Under the pieces are notes generated by a model, which saw only the letters and a program-made list of their open reading frames with translations, was not told the origin of the DNA and searched no databases. From positions 355,580 through 419,579 of the forward strand of contig CAWEWF010000001.1 of NCBI GenBank assembly GCA_963812605.1: a stretch of DNA of 64,000 nucleotides. Reading direction: 5' to 3'. Below, one piece after another: positions 59,103 to 64,000 of the stretch (position 1 is the stretch's first letter; each line of letters starts with the position of its first letter). Both the position numbers and the translations under genes were made by a program. The DNA comes from an uncultured Verrucomicrobiae bacterium (GTDB lineage: Bacteria > Verrucomicrobiota > Verrucomicrobiia > Palsa-1439).

Positions 59103-60134
59103 TCAAGGAAGTTGACCGGACCGCGGTTCCTCGGCCTGTAGCTGTGGTTGCTCGATCTGGCCGAGTTTGGCGTCGAATTTGGCGAGCGCTTTTTCGCCTT
59201 CGGAATAGCTGCCCTGCGCGTTGGTCAGGTGCTTGCCGAGGACACGGAAACTTTCCTGCACGCGTTCGAAGTCGCCGCGCAGGCGGGCGAGCGTGTTGAG
59301 GATTTCCTGGGCGCGCTCTTCGACCTGCATCCCGCGCAGGCCGAGCAGGATGGTCTGCAGGTACGCGTAGAAGCTGTTCGGCGAAACGGGCACGACACGT
59401 TTCTCCAGCGCGTAGCTGAACAACGGCCGTTCCTCGCCCGAAGCACTCGCCTCTTCCTTGATGATGGTCTCGTAGTATACGTTTTCCGCGGGAACATACA
59501 TCAGCGCGAAGTTGTAGGTGCCTTCGTCGGGCAGGATGTATTTCGTGGCGATGGCATCGACGTGCTTTTTCACGTCGCGCAGGAATTGTTTACGGGCCGC
59601 GATGCGCTCGGAGTCGCTCTGCGAGTCCAGGATGCGGCGGAAGTTTTCGAGCGGGAACTTGGAATCGACCGGCACGAGCTTGTTGCCGATCTGGATGACC
59701 GCGTCCACCGCCTCGCCGCTGCGAAAACGATGTTGCAGTTTGAAATGTTCGGGCGGCAGGATCTGCGCGAGCAGGTCGCCCAGAAACAATTCGCCCATCC
59801 CACCGCGCAGTTTTGGCGCGCGGAGGATGTTCACCAACTCCGCCGCGGCCTTGCCGACCTCGTGAATCTGCCCGACTTTTTCCCGGAGATCGCCGACAAC
59901 CTTCGCGGCATTGTCGAGGCGGCTGTTCATTTGCGCGCTGGATTGCTGCAAGTTCTCGGAGACGGTCTGCCCAAATTTATCAAGCCGCTCCTGGAATGCG
60001 CTTACCTGCTGCTGGAGGAGCAGCAACGATTGGTCGGCCTGCTTCGGCCGGTTGCGTTCGCGTAGCACCACGGCGATCAGCGCCGCGACCGCGATCAAAG
60101 TGAGCAGGCCAATGATAATGACGACAGAGGGCAC
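59103..60134 (-). CDS. rmuC: DNA recombination protein RmuC
   Basis: N-terminal TM helix, long coiled coil, conserved RmuC C-terminal region (VPVDSKFPLENF...YILPDEG). Confidence 0.8.
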   Translation of the reverse strand: MPSVVIIIGLLTLIAVAALIAVVLRERNRPKQADQSLLLLQQQVSAFQERLDKFGQTVSENLQQSSAQMNSRLDNAAKVVGDLREKVGQIHEVGKAAAELVNILRAPKLRGGMGELFLGDLLAQILPPEHFKLQHRFRSGEAVDAVIQIGNKLVPVDSKFPLENFRRILDSQSDSERIAARKQFLRDVKKHVDAIATKYILPDEGTYNFALMYVPAENVYYETIIKEEASASGEERPLFSYALEKRVVPVSPNSFYAYLQTILLGLRGMQVEERAQEILNTLARLRGDFERVQESFRVLGKHLTNAQGSYSEGEKALAKFDAKLGQIEQPQLQAEEPRSGQLP

Positions 60135-60270
60135 GGTCCAAAGCTAACATTTGGCCACGCCGACGGCAATTCTTTGGTTTCAGGCGGGCCTCTCGTGTTA
60201 ACACCTTTTTAACGCATCGGCGCGGGGTTTTAATTAACGGTCTTTCGCAAACGCTGCGATGCTTTGGGGT

Positions 60271-62061
60271 ATGAACGCGCATGAGATTATTCAGATTATA
60301 CTTTTCTTCGGAATCGGCATCGCCCTGACGCCGCCACTGGGTCGATTCATGGCGAAGGTGTTCAAGGGTGAGAGAACGTTCCTGCATCCCGTTCTCCAGC
60401 CAATCGAGAACCTGGTTTATCGGTTGACGGGGGTTGACCCCGGCCAGGAAATGTCGTGGCCCAAGTATTTGGGGGCCGTCGTGATCATGACCTGCGTGGG
60501 GTTCGCTTCGCTGATGGCGATCCTGATGACACAGGTGTGGTTGCCCCTCAACCCGATGAAGATCGCCAATAACTCCTGGCATCTCGCTTTCAATACAGCG
60601 TGGAGTTTCACCTGCAACGCGGACTGGCAGTCGTACACGGGCGAATCCGCCATGAGCTATTTTTCCCAGACGATCGGACTCTCGGTGCACCAATTCCTGA
60701 GTGGCGCGGCCGGGCTCGCGGTGCTGATCGCGGTGGGGCGGGCCTTGAAGCGCCACACGACCAGGACCATCGGCAATTTCTGGGTGGACCTGACCCGGGC
60801 CCTTTTGTACATCGTGATCCCGCTGTCCGTGGTCTGGGCGATTCCGCTGGTCTGGCAGGGTTGCCCGCAAACCTGGAAACCATACCCGGACGCCAAGCTG
60901 ACAGAACCGTACACCACACAAGTGCCAAAGACCGACGACAAGGGGAACCCGGTCAAGGATGACAAGGGCAATCCGGTCATGGTCGACCAGAAGGTCGAGA
61001 CGCAGAGTCTTCCCATCGGCCCGGTCGCATCCTTCGAATCCTGCAAACAGCTTTTCACGAACGGCGGCGGCTACTACGGCGTCAATAGCGCCCATCCGTA
61101 TGAAAACCCGACGCCGCTGGCGAACTTTCTCGAAATGCTGGCGATCATCGTGGTGCCGATGGCTCAGGTTTATATGTTCGGCCTGCTGATCGGCAATTTG
61201 AAGCACGCGTGGTGTTTGTTCGCCGTGATGCTCGGGCTGTATTTGCTTTCCTTCGGCATCGCGTGGTGGGCCGAGACGCGGCCGAACCCAGTCGTCGCCA
61301 ACATCCAGCCATTAATGGAAGGCAAGGAGCAACGGTTCGGCGTGATGAACAGCGTGCTCTGGGGCGTCTCCTGCACGGCGATCGACAACGGCTCGGTGAA
61401 TTCGATGCACGACAGTTGGATGCCGCTGGCCGGCATGATGCCGATGTGGAACATCCTGATCGGGGAAATCATGTTCGGCGGCATCGGGTGCGGCGTGTAT
61501 TGCATGTTGTTCCACGTGCTGATCACAGTCTTTATCGCGGGGTTGATGATTGGGCGCACGCCGGAATATCTGGGCAAGAAACTCGGCGCGTGGGTGGCCA
61601 CGTGGGCGGTGATTGGCGTGCTGTTGCCGAATGCCGCGTGCTTGATTCCGACTGCGCTTTCGCTCATGCCCAATATAGTGCCCTCGGGATTGGCGAGTCT
61701 GGCCAATAACGGCCCGCACGGGTTGAGCGAAGTGCTCTATGCTTTTGGGGAGGCCGCCAACAACAACGGCAGCGCTTTCGCCGGATTGAACGCCAACGTG
61801 CCGTGGTATAACGTTGCGCTCGGCATTGCGATCATCATCGGCCGGTTCGCTCCGATCGCGGCGGCGCTGGCAATTGTCGGCCGTCTGGCCTCCGAAAAGA
61901 CCGTCGAAGCTTCCTCCGGCACGCTGCCGACGCACGGTTGGACGTTTGGCCTCACGCTGACGGGGGTCATCATCATCGTCGCCGCGTTGACATTCTTTCC
62001 GGTGCTTTGCCTGGGACCGATCATCGAGCACGGCCTGATGCTGGCCGGACGGGTGTTTTGA
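60271..62061 (+). CDS. kdpA: Potassium-transporting ATPase subunit A
   Basis: Full-length KdpA pattern including the selectivity-filter-like regions (NTAWSFTCNADWQSYTGES; TNGGGYYGVNSAHP). Confidence 0.9.
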   Translation: MNAHEIIQIILFFGIGIALTPPLGRFMAKVFKGERTFLHPVLQPIENLVYRLTGVDPGQEMSWPKYLGAVVIMTCVGFASLMAILMTQVWLPLNPMKIANNSWHLAFNTAWSFTCNADWQSYTGESAMSYFSQTIGLSVHQFLSGAAGLAVLIAVGRALKRHTTRTIGNFWVDLTRALLYIVIPLSVVWAIPLVWQGCPQTWKPYPDAKLTEPYTTQVPKTDDKGNPVKDDKGNPVMVDQKVETQSLPIGPVASFESCKQLFTNGGGYYGVNSAHPYENPTPLANFLEMLAIIVVPMAQVYMFGLLIGNLKHAWCLFAVMLGLYLLSFGIAWWAETRPNPVVANIQPLMEGKEQRFGVMNSVLWGVSCTAIDNGSVNSMHDSWMPLAGMMPMWNILIGEIMFGGIGCGVYCMLFHVLITVFIAGLMIGRTPEYLGKKLGAWVATWAVIGVLLPNAACLIPTALSLMPNIVPSGLASLANNGPHGLSEVLYAFGEAANNNGSAFAGLNANVPWYNVALGIAIIIGRFAPIAAALAIVGRLASEKTVEASSGTLPTHGWTFGLTLTGVIIIVAALTFFPVLCLGPIIEHGLMLAGRVF

Positions 62062-62084
62062 GATCGCGCCTTTGGCGGCGATGG

Positions 62085-62429
62085 TCAGGGCGTTTGGAGC
62101 AAGGCCTTCAGTTTGCCACGGACTGCCTGCATGATATCCGGCGGTAACATTCCAATTGCGCCGCTGATCACCGAATCATTCAAGGTGACCAGTTTGTCCG
62201 CCCGAATTACGGAGGCGCTTTTGAGGCCGATTTGTTTCCAAGCCGGGTGACCCGGGGAAATTGGCGTGGCCGAAGGAAGCCGTTCCGCTTCCATCCTGGT
62301 TGTGATGAACGCGACCACGAAATCGTTGGCCGTATCACCCGCGGCGAGAACGACGCACGGACGCCGTTTCGCGTCCGTGAGCGAAGTGAATGGAAAAGCG
62401 GCGATGACAATCTCGCCGGCTTGGAACAT
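62085..62429 (-). CDS. PemK/MazF-like endoribonuclease toxin
   Basis: EIVIAAFPFTSLTDAKRRPCVVL...ASVIRADKLVTL pattern typical of PemK/MazF; 114 aa. Confidence 0.7.
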   Translation of the reverse strand: MFQAGEIVIAAFPFTSLTDAKRRPCVVLAAGDTANDFVVAFITTRMEAERLPSATPISPGHPAWKQIGLKSASVIRADKLVTLNDSVISGAIGMLPPDIMQAVRGKLKALLQTP

Positions 62430-62707
62430 TACCGGCGCTCTCCGAAACGCGGGTTGCGGCGGCCCGGCAACACGTCTGCGTCGGAGTACAACTCCGGCTC
62501 CTCGCGCAGGAAATCAAAGGCTCCGCCCGCGTCGGCCAGCCGCTCGAGATCGATGCCATTCTCGCCTTCCTCGAACGCCAGCACCGCCAGATGAGCGTGC
62601 GCTGGCAGTTCGACGCTTTTCGGCAATCGCAGCACCCCGCCGCTGACTTCAATCGGGATCATTTTCATCGTTGCCCGTAGCATAACCCGTCCGGCGGGCC
62701 GTTGCAA
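62429..62707 (-). CDS. PemI/MazE-like (AbrB/SpoVT-fold) antitoxin candidate
   Basis: MKMIPIEVSGGVLRLPKSVEL resembles the swapped-hairpin antitoxin N-terminus. The stop overlaps the toxin start by 1 nt. The probable real start is an internal Met, about 79 aa. Confidence 0.45.
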   Translation of the reverse strand: MQRPAGRVMLRATMKMIPIEVSGGVLRLPKSVELPAHAHLAVLAFEEGENGIDLERLADAGGAFDFLREEPELYSDADVLPGRRNPRFGERR

Positions 62708-62799
62708 TCACTCTCATGGGACGCGCCGCCACTTCTTTCTTGCGGCTCATTACCGATAAAGCCAGGTACGAATGGCACAGTGGGGGCGTTAACGGCTTG

Positions 62800-63597
62800 C
62801 TAGGCCACGTGTTCATTCGATTTGCCGAGATTGCACTGCGAACAGAGTGTCTGAAGATTCTCCAGCACAGTCTCACCACCTTTGCTCCAAGCTATGATGT
62901 GATCGATGTGCAGCTCCACATTCATTGTCTTCGCTGGGCTAACGCCACAGTTGCAACAGGTGAATCTGTCACGATTGAGCACTTTCCAACGCAGGCGGAG
63001 CGAAGGCTCCCGGCCCGTCTTCCGTCGAATCGGTTCGCCGCCGATCCTTTTAGGTTCAGGAGATTCACGCTCAACCGAGTTGGCGTAGTCGACGAATGCC
63101 TCAAGCGCGGCAGTCCAACCCCCGAAGCGGCGAATGTACGGCCCTTCCGAGATGTTTGATGTGGCCTGCGCCAGTTCCCTCCGTCGCGGCTGCCGCCCAT
63201 AGTGCTGCCACAAGACAAACAAATTCTCAAACAGGCGCTCATCGGGAATGTTGATCTCATTGGACAAAGAAAGGCCTGCTTTAACAAGCGCCTTGTTCCA
63301 TGAGCCGAATCGTCGAGCAATGGTGGTGGGGGAGTAGTTCCCATGCTCCATGTATCGGGGTTGCGACACGGTGGGCGCATTGAGCAGTTGTGCAACGCGA
63401 CGCAGGTCGGTAAGTAGCTCGTCGTCACTGACAGGCTGACCTGAAACATGAGAAAGCCGAAATGATCCGTTCTTCATCGAACGGTATACAGGATACTCGC
63501 GGCTAAGATTCTTTGACAAGATTGGAATGACACCAGGCCATTGGGGCGTGGTGATTCCGTGCCGATCCATCTGCCGGAGACAGGGATGATGGTTCAA
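62800..63597 (-). CDS. HNH endonuclease with two N-terminal homing-endonuclease-associated repeats
   Basis: C-terminal CCNCG...HIDHIIAWSKGGETVLENLQTLCSQCNLGKSN is a classic HNH motif. Two upstream repeats carry RRFGSW..AL. Confidence 0.8.
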   Translation of the reverse strand: MNHHPCLRQMDRHGITTPQWPGVIPILSKNLSREYPVYRSMKNGSFRLSHVSGQPVSDDELLTDLRRVAQLLNAPTVSQPRYMEHGNYSPTTIARRFGSWNKALVKAGLSLSNEINIPDERLFENLFVLWQHYGRQPRRRELAQATSNISEGPYIRRFGGWTAALEAFVDYANSVERESPEPKRIGGEPIRRKTGREPSLRLRWKVLNRDRFTCCNCGVSPAKTMNVELHIDHIIAWSKGGETVLENLQTLCSQCNLGKSNEHVA

Positions 63598-63666
63598 CTG
63601 CGTTAATGATTTCTTAACGCCTCGCTACCCCCTTTTAATTACCGCCTGTCGATAGGTGCTGTCATG

Positions 63667-64000
63667 TTAGTGGCGTAACGGAAGACAATCATGAGCACAA
63701 AAGTTGAAATCAAATACTCCGAGTTGGTGCAGCAGGCGGTCATCAATTCGTTCAAGAAACTGAATCCGCGCGATGAGATCAAGAACCTGGTGATGTTCGT
63801 TGTCTGGGTTGGATCGATCTGGACAACCATCATCCTGTTCACGCCGGGCGGATGCAACCTGTTCAACGTCCAGATTTGCCTCTGGCTGTGGTTTACCTGT
63901 CTGTTCGCCAACTTCGCCGAGGCGATGGCGGAAGGCCGGGGCAAAGCCCATGCCGACGCATTGCGCAAGCTGCGCACCAAGACGATGGCCCGCAAACTCC
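63667..64000 (+). CDS. kdpB: Potassium-transporting ATPase subunit B, N-terminal part (runs off window end)
   Basis: NPVMFVVWVGSI...WLWFTCLFANFAEAMAEGRGKAHADALR matches the KdpB N-terminus. Confidence 0.85.

Noticed and set aside
1-64000. CRISPR arrays, tRNA or rRNA genes, integrase or transposase genes
   Set aside because: I scanned intergenic regions for regularly spaced direct repeats and for tRNA-like T-arm signatures (GGTTCGAATCC-like) and found none. No recombinase-like ORF was seen, so the island and the kdp insertion have no visible mobility gene in this window.

Overview
This is a high-GC (about 60-65%) bacterial chromosomal segment. Its family content (many ECF sigma/anti-sigma pairs, a DUF2723-TPR membrane protein, proteins with pseudopilin-like C-termini) points to a Verrucomicrobia/Planctomycetes-type organism, but that is inference only.

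Contents, start to end:
- A minus-strand carbohydrate-utilisation operon: HTH-XRE, an unknown membrane-anchored protein, a GH5-like hydrolase, a receiver, a Gfo/Idh/MocA oxidoreductase and a GH28.
- A sugar ABC transporter (permease, SBP, ATPase), preceded by a roughly 900-bp repeat-rich noncoding stretch.
- A dispersed purine-biosynthesis set (purB-purS-purQ, purL, purF-orf-purM, purH) interleaved with an aldo/keto reductase, lepB, two ECF sigma/anti-sigma pairs and orphan receivers.
- Housekeeping genes: nth, tatD, Zn-ADH, PolX, ppa, sixA, a leuC-like gene, rmuC, inositol-phosphate synthase, USP and TauE.
- A low-GC island at about 41.9-45.4 kb. It is a three-gene plus-strand cassette (203-aa orphan, 77-aa basic protein, HARE-HTH/PD-(D/E)xK-like nuclease) convergent with a beta-class N4/N6 DNA methyltransferase. 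A toxin-antitoxin remnant follows, and decayed gene fragments plus a long inverted repeat lie on the upstream flank.
- A kdpA-kdpB junction interrupted by a 1.6-kb opposite-strand insertion carrying a PemIK/MazEF-like TA pair and an HNH endonuclease.

Several genes (GH28, DUF2723-TPR, ADH, S8 peptidase, the methyltransferase) are split by single-base frameshifts, mostly at homopolymer runs. These could be assembly indels or genuine pseudogenes.

No rRNA, tRNA or CRISPR array was recognised by eye. All calls come from reading motifs in the supplied translations. No database search was run.
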